This document shows positions 10,192-18,331 of a stretch of DNA of 64,000 nucleotides, in pieces. The DNA is from an uncultured Pseudomonadales bacterium. GTDB taxonomy: Bacteria > Patescibacteriota > Microgenomatia > UBA1400 > PJMF01. Made by a program: the position numbers and the translations under genes. Location: positions 28,078 to 92,077 of the forward strand of contig CAYMSV010000002.1 in NCBI GenBank assembly GCA_964393205.1. Reading direction: 5' to 3'. The notes beneath the pieces were generated by a model, which was not told the DNA's origin, ran no database searches, and saw nothing but the letters and a program-made list of their open reading frames with translations. Within the stretch, counting starts at the first letter, position 1. Every line of letters begins with the position of its first letter.

Positions 10192-12432
10192 CTAATCTAT
10201 AATAAAGTTAAATCGAGAAGAATTTTTTGGTAAGCGCTGTATAAATTGAGTCAAAAAAGCTGGTTGATAGACTATTTTCACTTGGTTTATCAATTCTTTA
10301 TCTTCTAAATTATTCCTCGCTTCTTCTATATTTTTACCAAGCAATAAATCCAATAATGATTCTTCATCAATATTTGCTCTAGATCTAGCAGATAATTCTG
10401 TGCTCAAAATTAAACGATTACTATCATCTTCAGCTGGAACAGGCTGATCACTTAACAATGATGGTTCTTCGTCAACAAATTCATAATTTTCTGGTAAATC
10501 CATAAGTAAAACTGCCTGCGCTAACTGCTTCAAATCACTAGATAAATATTTAATAGCTTCAACCTCTAAGGTCATTTCTAAAGAAAGAGTTTCCACCTCA
10601 TCTCCCTCTTCATGATCATATTCAAAAGAGCTAATACGGCTGTTATTGCTTGGCACAAAATAAACCCCATCTCTAGATTCTTCAGTAAATTCATTGATAG
10701 CAATTTCGTTTAGACTCGTTCTCAACTGACTCAGTAAAGTTTCAAGATCCTCTTTGGAAACTACTCTCACTTCTCTACTAGAACCGCCAGAAAAATTATC
10801 AATAACTGTAGCTGAATAAGTATCTTCACTAAAATCACCTATTTTTAACTTACTATTTTTATCAATGTTCGCTTCTGCTCCAATATCTTTAGCAAGCAAT
10901 GTTGCCTCCCCACTTCCATAATCCATTCCACTACCACCTTCTTCTTCCTCAGCAGCTGCCACCGTTACCTCATCTTCCAATTCAAACGTTATGTCTTCAT
11001 ACTCAAAAATCGTACCAGCAGCAAAAGTCTTTTCACTAGAAGTTTTATTAAACAAATTAACATTCCCTCTAGCTTTATCTCCAACCAAACTAATACCAGT
11101 TGTACTTAATGTATCTTCACCACTAATTTCCTTTTTTACCAAAGATGCTTTTAGTAGATTTTGATCATAATTAGATTCAGTTACTTCTGGATCAAGAATA
11201 ATATCTAAATTCTTTTGTAAAACTTGTCTGTCTGCCTTAATTTCTATTCTCACCTTTGATAGAAAAAAACTAAAAACAATTAAAATAACTATCAAAGACA
11301 ATAATCCACTAATAATACCGATTATTAGAGATTTACGATTTTTTCTTAGGAAACGAGCTAAAGGAGTCATTTTCTTAAATTTTTCTGGTGTACTTATTGG
11401 TACTGGATTAGTTTTTTTGACAGGCTGCTCAGGCTTGAATTCTTTCAATTCTTCAGACTTAAAGTTGGTAAATTGAGATTTCTTATCTTCTTCTTTTTCC
11501 TTGATTTTATCTGAGGCTAAATCAATACCAAAACTACTAATCTTTTGCTTTTCGACTCCAATCTCTGTTTGATCTGACAAATTTTTTTCGAAATTAGTGC
11601 TTTGCTTGGCGTTTTCAAAAGCCGGCAAATCCTGATCAAGCTTAGATTCAAAGCTGCTTGATAACATATGGCCTGCTGCTAAACTTAAAGATTTAATTAA
11701 AAAATCTGTTTCCAAAACTATAAATTGTGGTGATTGTAAAAAGCCATCTACTTCTTTCCAATCAAAAGTTTGTAGCTGTGACTGTTCTTTTTTCAAAGAT
11801 TTTTGACTAAGATTTAGTGAAGTAAGAAAAAGTCTATTGGGAAAATATTTTCCTTGATCACCCAACTCTTGACTTACTCTAGCCAAACCTTCTCTTAAAT
11901 CATCGGTTAATTTGGCTGATCTGCCAATTTGTAAATTCAACAATAACTGACCGTGCTTAATTAAGATTAAATCAAAGTCTTTCTCTCTTAAATATACTGT
12001 CAAAGAAGAGTCACGAGGATCATTCATTGTTCTAGATTTATGAATACCTTCAACCACACTCATTTGCCCCAAAGCAGATAAACTCAAGCTTTCTGATAAT
12101 TCTTGAATTATCACTTTTTTACTATCTAACAACTCACCATCTTTTAACCAAGATTCGTCAAAAATAAAAACACAATCCGCTACATCATCGGCCAATAAAC
12201 CCAAATCCTGAAGTGATTGATCAAGTTGAACTAGTAGATCTTGGCGATCAAAATAAGTTTTTATAGAAGAATACTCTTTGATTTCTTGTTTTTTATTAAC
12301 CAAAGCGCTTTGTAGCTCTTGATCACTCAAAACTATGGAAATAAACAATTCTTCCTGATTTAAGTCCTCATCTAGACCTTGATTACGATTTTCTTTTGTT
12401 TTTTTGGTAAATTTTTTCAATAAGTTGGGCAT
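10192..12432 (-). CDS. Hypothetical bitopic membrane protein (cytoplasmic ~370 aa, one TM helix, acidic extracytoplasmic ~350 aa); stop/start-adjacent to the sortase
   Basis: 746-aa ORF with a single strong TM helix (LIIGIISGLLSLIVILIVFSFFL) in the middle. No recognisable catalytic motifs. Separated from the sortase gene by a 1-nt gap, suggesting translational coupling. Confidence 0.5.
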   Translation of the reverse strand: MPNLLKKFTKKTKENRNQGLDEDLNQEELFISIVLSDQELQSALVNKKQEIKEYSSIKTYFDRQDLLVQLDQSLQDLGLLADDVADCVFIFDESWLKDGELLDSKKVIIQELSESLSLSALGQMSVVEGIHKSRTMNDPRDSSLTVYLREKDFDLILIKHGQLLLNLQIGRSAKLTDDLREGLARVSQELGDQGKYFPNRLFLTSLNLSQKSLKKEQSQLQTFDWKEVDGFLQSPQFIVLETDFLIKSLSLAAGHMLSSSFESKLDQDLPAFENAKQSTNFEKNLSDQTEIGVEKQKISSFGIDLASDKIKEKEEDKKSQFTNFKSEELKEFKPEQPVKKTNPVPISTPEKFKKMTPLARFLRKNRKSLIIGIISGLLSLIVILIVFSFFLSKVRIEIKADRQVLQKNLDIILDPEVTESNYDQNLLKASLVKKEISGEDTLSTTGISLVGDKARGNVNLFNKTSSEKTFAAGTIFEYEDITFELEDEVTVAAAEEEEGGSGMDYGSGEATLLAKDIGAEANIDKNSKLKIGDFSEDTYSATVIDNFSGGSSREVRVVSKEDLETLLSQLRTSLNEIAINEFTEESRDGVYFVPSNNSRISSFEYDHEEGDEVETLSLEMTLEVEAIKYLSSDLKQLAQAVLLMDLPENYEFVDEEPSLLSDQPVPAEDDSNRLILSTELSARSRANIDEESLLDLLLGKNIEEARNNLEDKELINQVKIVYQPAFLTQFIQRLPKNSSRFNFIID

Positions 12433-12525
12433 ATTTTTTGAATAATAAAAAACTGGGTTTAGATTAACCCCTCAATTACATTAAAGCAGAGTTTTGCTTA
12501 ATTTTAAAGAACTGAGTATCTCTTT

Positions 12526-14430
12526 TTACCTAAAACGAATGTAAATTCTTCTGATTCCTTGTGCAACAGCTTTTTCTTTAAAAATCTCTAGTTCTCCAAA
12601 ACGCGCTATTTGCGAGGTTCTTTCCACATGAGGTCCACCACACAGTTCCTTAGATATCCAATCTTGTTCGTCACCTATAGTGTAAACTTTTACTCTCTCC
12701 GGATAGCGTTCAACAAAGAAAGCAATTGCTCCAGACTCCAGAGCTTTTTCTTTAGACATTGTTTCACTAGAAACCTCTAAATCAGCTTTAAGCCAATCAT
12801 TTAACAATTCTTCTATTGATTGAAGTTGCTCCTTCGTTAAGGCTTGATCATAGCTAAAATCGAAACGCAAACGATCCTTATTAATGTTTGAGCCCTTTTG
12901 CTCAAGCTCATCACCTAAAATTTTTCGCAGCGCAGCTTGCAACAAATGAGTGGCTGTATGAAATGCTGTATTTTTAACATCTTGATTTGCCAAACCTCCC
13001 TTAAATTTTTCCTGAGTAGTTTGACGAGATAGTTGCGCGTGTCGATTCTGAGCCTCAATAATTTTACTTTCAATTTCTTCTTCAATTGTTATGTTCCTAG
13101 ATTTTGCTTCCTCAATAGATAATTCAAAAGGAAAACCATAACTCTCATAAAGCTTAAAAGCTAGCTCAGCTGTCAGCTGATCTTTCTTAACTATTAAACG
13201 ATTAAATTCTTTTAAACCTCTCAACAAAGTCCTGTTAAATTTCTCTTCTTCAGTTTTTAAAACTCTATTGATTAAATCTTTTTTCTTTAACAAATCTGTA
13301 TAAAAATCCTGATAAAGCTTCAAAACTTCCGGCACAACTTCTATTAAAAAATTTTCTTTCAATTCTAAATACCTGGCTTGTCTTAATGATCGCCTAATTA
13401 AACGGCGTAATAAATACCCCTGCTCCTTGTTGCTGGGTAAAACCCCATCACTAATTAACATGACACTGGCTCGAATATGATCAGCAATAATACGAAAAGC
13501 TGGTTTAAATTTTGGATCTTGATAATCTTTAGCGCTCAATTCGACTAACTTATTAATAATACCCAAAAAAGCACTGCTTTGAAAAACATCCATTTGATTT
13601 TCTACTGCCGCTAATAATCGCCCCAACCCTCCACCAAAATCAATATTTTTTTGGTTTAATTCTTTAAAACCATTTTGAGTGAGTTGATATTGCATAAACA
13701 CACTGTTACCAATTTCCAAAAAACGCCCACAATCACAATTAATGTGACAAGCTTGTTTGGCAAAAACAGATTGTTGATGTATGTCAAAATCAGTTTCAGA
13801 AGCTGCAAAATCATAGAAAACCTCACTATCCGGACCACCCAATTCACCAACAGGCATTTTAGCCGGCACCCCAGACCTCGACCACCAATTTTTTTCTTCA
13901 CCATAAAAGAATATTCGACCCTCCTGCAAACCCAGTTGAGGATTATCAATGATTTTTGCTTTAACTCCTCTTTTTTCAAATAATTTTTGCCAAATATTAG
14001 CTGCTTCATTATCCTTAGGAATATTAAGCTTTTTATTACCTGCAAAAACTGATATGTAAAGACGTTCTGGTTTTAACTTTAAAACATCAACTAAGAATTC
14101 AAAACAAAAATTGATTTGTTCTTCTTTAAAATAGTCACCAAATGACCAATTTCCCAACATTTCAAAAAAAGTTGTATGGCGATTATCACCCACTTCTTCA
14201 ATATCTTCGCTACGAAAACATTTTTGTGAATTAACTATTCTTTTTCCATAAGGATGTTTCTGTCCAAAAAAATAAGGAATCATCGCCTGCATTCCGGCAC
14301 TAGTAAATAAAGTTGTAGGATCATTTTCAGGAACCAAACTTGCTGAAGGAACAACTGCATGATCTTTGGCAATAAAAAAATCCAAATATAAACGACGCAA
14401 ACTAGATAAGGTTAAAGAAGGTTTAGACAT
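12526..14430 (-). CDS. alaS: Alanine--tRNA ligase, short form lacking the C-terminal C-Ala domain
   Basis: Class II AlaRS N-terminal motifs (FTSAGMQ, KCFRSEDIE, FFEMLGNWSFGDYFK) and editing domain (HTATHLL...CGGPHV). Only 634 aa. Confidence 0.9.
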   Translation of the reverse strand: MSKPSLTLSSLRRLYLDFFIAKDHAVVPSASLVPENDPTTLFTSAGMQAMIPYFFGQKHPYGKRIVNSQKCFRSEDIEEVGDNRHTTFFEMLGNWSFGDYFKEEQINFCFEFLVDVLKLKPERLYISVFAGNKKLNIPKDNEAANIWQKLFEKRGVKAKIIDNPQLGLQEGRIFFYGEEKNWWSRSGVPAKMPVGELGGPDSEVFYDFAASETDFDIHQQSVFAKQACHINCDCGRFLEIGNSVFMQYQLTQNGFKELNQKNIDFGGGLGRLLAAVENQMDVFQSSAFLGIINKLVELSAKDYQDPKFKPAFRIIADHIRASVMLISDGVLPSNKEQGYLLRRLIRRSLRQARYLELKENFLIEVVPEVLKLYQDFYTDLLKKKDLINRVLKTEEEKFNRTLLRGLKEFNRLIVKKDQLTAELAFKLYESYGFPFELSIEEAKSRNITIEEEIESKIIEAQNRHAQLSRQTTQEKFKGGLANQDVKNTAFHTATHLLQAALRKILGDELEQKGSNINKDRLRFDFSYDQALTKEQLQSIEELLNDWLKADLEVSSETMSKEKALESGAIAFFVERYPERVKVYTIGDEQDWISKELCGGPHVERTSQIARFGELEIFKEKAVAQGIRRIYIRFR

Positions 14431-14452
14431 GAAATTATTATAACAGCCAAAA

Positions 14453-14809
14453 CTAAATACCTTTGAATTGATTCTTTTTTTTCTGTCTACGTAATCGCTT
14501 ACGAGTTTTTTCTTTATCTTTAGATCGCTCTAATTTTGCTAAGACCAGAGTTAAATTATCTTTAAATTCAAATAAGGAGTGTTTGAGCTGTAAAAAATAT
14601 TTATCTTTTATTTCTTCTAATGTTAGTTCTGGACTATCTATTAAATTTTTTTTGTATAAATCTGAGCGAGCAGACTCCCAATCCTTTGCCAACTTTTTCC
14701 AAGTTTGCTGACCCTGCTCACTGGAAAAATAAGTGATAGCAGTACCCAGAGAAAATCCTATAGCCAAACCCGATAAAAAGCCATTAGCTTGTTGCTTATC
14801 TTCAACCAT
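14453..14809 (-). CDS. Hypothetical protein, possibly YtxH-like (glycine-zipper N-terminus, lysine-rich C-terminus)
   Basis: 118 aa with GFLSGLAIGFSLGTAITY hydrophobic glycine-zipper segment followed by a charged coiled-coil-like region. Weak resemblance only. Confidence 0.35.
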   Translation of the reverse strand: MVEDKQQANGFLSGLAIGFSLGTAITYFSSEQGQQTWKKLAKDWESARSDLYKKNLIDSPELTLEEIKDKYFLQLKHSLFEFKDNLTLVLAKLERSKDKEKTRKRLRRQKKKNQFKGI

Positions 14810-14812
14810 TTT

Positions 14813-15148
14813 TTAAATTTTCTTTTTACTTGACTGATTTAAGTCTTTTGTCTTCAAATCATCCTCACGGTGACGATTTAACCAAGTCATAAAACCTTCT
14901 GTCACTTTTAAACCAGCAGTAAAATTAGTAATAAAAGCACTCAAGCTATGAAAGGGGTTGAGAATCCCTTCAATTTTATTTTGAGTTGTATCAACTACTT
15001 GATTGGCCTTATCAATAACTTGATTAAATTTTTGTAAAGATTGTTTGATTTGTCCCAACACCATAATTAATTTAATGGCTAGTGCAACCAGCACCAAGGT
15101 TAAACTAGCAACGGAAATGGTTAAAACTAAAGGTAAAAACTCTGACAT
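14813..15148 (-). CDS. Hypothetical small membrane protein (DUF948-like architecture: N-terminal TM plus coiled coil)
   Basis: 111 aa with N-terminal TM helix LPLVLTISVASLTLVLVALAI. Pairs with the downstream YtxH-like ORF as in Firmicutes ytxG/ytxH pairs. Weak. Confidence 0.35.
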   Translation of the reverse strand: MSEFLPLVLTISVASLTLVLVALAIKLIMVLGQIKQSLQKFNQVIDKANQVVDTTQNKIEGILNPFHSLSAFITNFTAGLKVTEGFMTWLNRHREDDLKTKDLNQSSKKKI

Positions 15149-15217
15149 AATTGGCTTTCTTGTTAATTACAATCATTTTACGACAGGGGCAAATAATTTA
15201 CCAGTTCCACTCGAAAA

Positions 15218-15901
15218 TCAGTAATTTACTTGAATAGTTCGCTGAACCACACTTGTCTTGCCTCGTTCATCTGTGGCTTTAATTGTAATCGTGGCTGGTC
15301 CTTCAATATCATAATAAAGTTCAGTGTTAAAAAAACCACCAGCTTGAAGAGCCACTGGTTGTGCATTGACTAGAACAGTGGCATTCATTATTGTCTGACC
15401 TTCAACTACTACCCTAGCTGCGGTAAGATCTCCATCACTTGGTTGAAAAACTTCTAAACGTGGAGGTCTGTTCAGAGAAAACCATTGCCAAGTAGCGTAA
15501 CTCAGAAAAATTAAAAACACACTTGCAATAAATAGAAGAGTTAAGCGTACTGGAGAAAATAAATTTGCTTTTCTAAAAGAATCTCGCAAAAATTCTCTAG
15601 GTAATAAACGTCCCTTAGCGCTTTCTTGGTAATCTCTTCGCAAAATTGCCAATAGGGGACGTGGATTAACTCCAAGTAATTTAGCGTAGTTGCTGATATA
15701 AGCTTTAGCGTAACTAGCATTGGGTAAAACAGCAAAATTATTTTTTTCAATTGCCTCAAGATAATTAAGTTTAATAAAAGTTTTCTCAGCAATATCTTTA
15801 AGTTCTAAACCGGCTGCTTTTCGATGTTTAATTAACAAGTCACCCACAGTTTGTGTTTTAATCGTTTGGTTCATTAGGGCAATTCTAGAAAGAATTCTCA
15901 A
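15218..15901 (-). CDS. RodZ-like HTH (XRE-type) membrane protein
   Basis: N-terminal HTH (VGDLLIKHRKAAGLELKDIAEKT), central TM helix, C-terminal beta-rich domain. RodZ-like architecture. Confidence 0.55.
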   Translation of the reverse strand: MRILSRIALMNQTIKTQTVGDLLIKHRKAAGLELKDIAEKTFIKLNYLEAIEKNNFAVLPNASYAKAYISNYAKLLGVNPRPLLAILRRDYQESAKGRLLPREFLRDSFRKANLFSPVRLTLLFIASVFLIFLSYATWQWFSLNRPPRLEVFQPSDGDLTAARVVVEGQTIMNATVLVNAQPVALQAGGFFNTELYYDIEGPATITIKATDERGKTSVVQRTIQVNY

Positions 15902-15920
15902 TCAAAGCAAGTTCTAAACC

Positions 15921-16355
15921 TTAATCACTCAGTGCTTTTTTGAGAGCACTAGCAATTCGAGCTCCATCAGCCCTAGAAGCTAGCTCTTTGGTAATCCGAC
16001 CCATTAAGGGGCCAAAATCCTTTAAATCACTCTGAGAAACAAATTTCTCAACAAATTTTTCTAAATCTTCATCGCTCATTTGTTCAGGTAGATAGCTTTT
16101 CAGAATCTTAATTTTACTTTCAGTCTCACTAACTAAATCTTGACGGTCGGCTTTCTTAAAGTCTTCAAGCGCATCTAATTGTTGATTAAGCATTTTTTTA
16201 ATTATTTTTTGCACAGCTGCATCATCAGCAAGCCCATGATCAATTTCAAAATTTTTAATTTCACTACGAATCAGGCGAATAGTACCTAAACGCTCCGTAT
16301 CTTTAGCCCTCATTGCAGTTTTCATTTCTTCCATTAGTTGTTCTTGCAGTGTCAT
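15921..16355 (-). CDS. GatB/YqeY domain protein
   Basis: MTLQEQLMEEMKTAMRAKD... matches the YqeY family N-terminus. The longer ORF (to 16409) runs into the tRNA-Val gene, so the internal ATG at 16353-16355 is taken as the start. Confidence 0.75.
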   Translation of the reverse strand: MTLQEQLMEEMKTAMRAKDTERLGTIRLIRSEIKNFEIDHGLADDAAVQKIIKKMLNQQLDALEDFKKADRQDLVSETESKIKILKSYLPEQMSDEDLEKFVEKFVSQSDLKDFGPLMGRITKELASRADGARIASALKKALSD

Positions 16356-16376
16356 AAATTCCTTTTTTTTAATTAG

Positions 16377-16450
16377 TGGACAATACTGGACTCGAACCAG
16401 TGACCTCACGAATGTGAATCGTGCGCTCTAACCAGCTGAGCTAATTGTCC
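16377..16450 (-). tRNA. tRNA-Val (anticodon CAC)
   Basis: Reverse complement GGACAAT-TA-GCTC-AGCTGGTTA-GAGC-G-CACGA-TTCACAT-TCGTG-AGGTC-ACTGG-TTCGAGT-CCAGT-ATTGTCC-A. All four stems are perfect, with U33, A37 and a TTCGAGT T-loop. CCA is not encoded. Confidence 0.85.
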
Positions 16451-16451
16451 G

Positions 16452-17219
16452 TTGACTGGTAGCCTGTATTATAAAACAAAGCCTGACTTTTTAAAAAAGC
16501 AAAGTCAGTTGGCTGTCAATTTAAAAAACTACAATGCTTTGGTGAACAACTTTTCATTTTTTCACTGTTGGCAAGCTTATTTACTACCAGATTTTTGTCA
16601 AAACTGTCAAAGATTGGGACCAATGCTTTGTGAAAGTTGCTATCAATTAGTTGAATTTTTTTGGCAAGAAGATCTAGCAGCGTTTTTTGCCAAAAATTTT
16701 GATAAAAATTATTTTGACCAAATAAGAGTGATGGCTCGTTTTAAATCTCCAATTAGCTCCTTAATTAAATCATTAAAATATCAACATCATAGCCGAGCAG
16801 CTAAGTTTCTAGCTCAAATGTTGTTTTTCCACCTAAATATTAGTTACGAAAAATTTGACTTAATAACCTTTGTTCCTATTCATAATCAAAAAATTAAAAA
16901 AAGAGGATACAATCAAAGTCAACTTATCGCTGAGGAACTAGCTGTTTGGACTAAAAAGCCTTGTTTAAATTTACTAAAAAAAACTGTCAACAATACTGCT
17001 CAAGCACAAATTAGTGACAAACAACAACGCTTGCAACGACTCAATAATACTTTTGAAATTTCTCATCCTTATTCTCAACACCGACCCTTAAAAAATAAAA
17101 ATATTTTAATAATTGATGATGTAATTACTACTGGCGCCACTATAAATAGCGCCAGTCGTGTATTAAAAAAATATGGGGTTGAGTGGGTTTCAGTTTTAAC
17201 TTTAGCAGCTAATCTATAA
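16452..17219 (+). CDS. ComF-family phosphoribosyltransferase-domain protein (ComFC-like)
   Basis: N-terminal Cys-rich Zn-finger (C..CxxC...CxxC) and C-terminal PRTase motif ILIIDDVITTGATI. The ORF begins 1 nt after the tRNA-Val gene on the opposite strand, so the true start is uncertain. Confidence 0.65.
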   Translation: MTGSLYYKTKPDFLKKQSQLAVNLKNYNALVNNFSFFHCWQAYLLPDFCQNCQRLGPMLCESCYQLVEFFWQEDLAAFFAKNFDKNYFDQIRVMARFKSPISSLIKSLKYQHHSRAAKFLAQMLFFHLNISYEKFDLITFVPIHNQKIKKRGYNQSQLIAEELAVWTKKPCLNLLKKTVNNTAQAQISDKQQRLQRLNNTFEISHPYSQHRPLKNKNILIIDDVITTGATINSASRVLKKYGVEWVSVLTLAANL

Positions 17220-17244
17220 ATTAAAAAAGATCAAACAAATATTA

Positions 17245-17273
17245 TTGATTTTCTCGAGTAAAAATGTTATAAT
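17245..17273 (+). promoter_or_regulatory. Candidate sigma70-type promoter for ssrA (-35 TTGATT, 17-nt spacer, -10 TATAAT)
   Basis: TTGATT at 17245-17250 and TATAAT at 17268-17273, about 17 nt upstream of the tmRNA 5' end. Confidence 0.4.
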
Positions 17274-17289
17274 AACTTGTTCTTTAACA

Positions 17290-17691
17290 GGGGATGTATT
17301 GTATTGACGTCAGTCAACTTTAATCATTGCAGATCATCTTTGGTGAAAAGATGTTAAACAACACTAAAAAATAACTGTCAAAAACAGTTTTAAAACAGCA
17401 GTTAATAAAGTCGCCAGTCTTTTTGACTTTGGCTTCGTAGCTGCTCCTGCTTTTGCTTAATTGTAAAAGTAGGCATCTAGTGTTGAACTCTTATCGACGG
17501 TTCACATTAGGTGAAAACCTAGTCGATTAGCAGAAATAAAGAATCAGGTCACTTTATTTCCAAGAATTAGGCCTGGATGAAGCAAAAAAAGTTTGTCTAT
17601 TTACTTCTTGCTTCAAATCGAAAATAAACTAAATCTGTAGATATCGTTAAAGTCAGATTAGCGGACGCGGGAGCAAAACCCGCCATCTCCA
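17290..17691 (+). ncRNA. ssrA: tmRNA (transfer-messenger RNA, SsrA)
   Basis: 5' GGGGATG... pairs with 3' ...CATCTCC-A, forming an acceptor stem with a G3.U70 wobble (the alanine identity element). T-arm GCGGG-AGCAAAA-CCCGC sits at the 3' end. An internal tag frame GUC|GCC AGU ... GCU UUU GCU UAA (17413-17460) is preceded by an in-frame TAA and encodes ASLFDFGFVAAPAFA. The AAGUCGCC context resembles E. coli UAGUCGCA. About 402 nt; CCA is not encoded. Confidence 0.75.
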
Positions 17692-17770
17692 CAACAGCAG
17701 ATCCTTATCTAAAAAATCAGCACTATATTAAAAATAGTGATTTTCTATATCAAAAAATCTATGAAGTTGC

Positions 17771-18268
17771 TTAATTCTTGGATTTAAGTGTCAAACCTAG
17801 ACCAAACACCAATATTCCAAAAGCAAAAATTATAATTGTGTTCTCTAAAGCGCCTGATTCTGGCAAAGTTTCTTCGGTGGCTGTCTCAGCAGAAGGCGTA
17901 CTAAGGCTGGCAACTTCCGCTACATTTATAACTAAGTCTAAAGTTTCTCCACCAGAACTAACTACCAAATCATTTTCACCATAAGAAACTTCCCTAAAAT
18001 TAACTCCCCAATTTCCCTCAACGTCAGCAACAGTATCATTGTTTAAATCAGCAAGTGCTATCTGCACTTCAGCTGAAGGAGAGGCAGTTCCTGTTACTGT
18101 GAAAGTCGTTAAGGTAGTTTCATAAACTTTAACTGTAGACCCCAAACCAACAATAGAATCATTACCTCCTATAGCATCAATCGTAAGAGCACTGGCCAAT
18201 GCTGGCTTAATTAAAAAAATAAGTAAAAATAAAAAAAGTAATTGAAAAGTTTTTATCATTTTTTTCAT
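17771..18268 (-). CDS. Small secreted protein with C-terminal LPESG sorting signal (putative sortase substrate)
   Basis: Signal peptide (MKKMIKTFQLLFLFLLIFLIKPALA). C-terminal LPESG, then hydrophobic helix ALENTIIIFAFGILVFGLGLTL, then basic tail KSKN. Paralog of 24028..24537. Confidence 0.6.
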   Translation of the reverse strand: MKKMIKTFQLLFLFLLIFLIKPALASALTIDAIGGNDSIVGLGSTVKVYETTLTTFTVTGTASPSAEVQIALADLNNDTVADVEGNWGVNFREVSYGENDLVVSSGGETLDLVINVAEVASLSTPSAETATEETLPESGALENTIIIFAFGILVFGLGLTLKSKN

Positions 18269-18331
18269 ACAAGATTTAGCTTAACATTTTTTTAAACATA
18301 AAATCAACTAATTTTAAAAATCTAAAATTAT

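Noticed and set aside
16356-16409. N-terminal 18-codon extension of the YqeY ORF (MRSLVRVQYCPLIKKKEF)
   Set aside because: It overlaps the well-formed tRNA-Val gene on the same strand. The conserved YqeY N-terminus starts at the internal Met.
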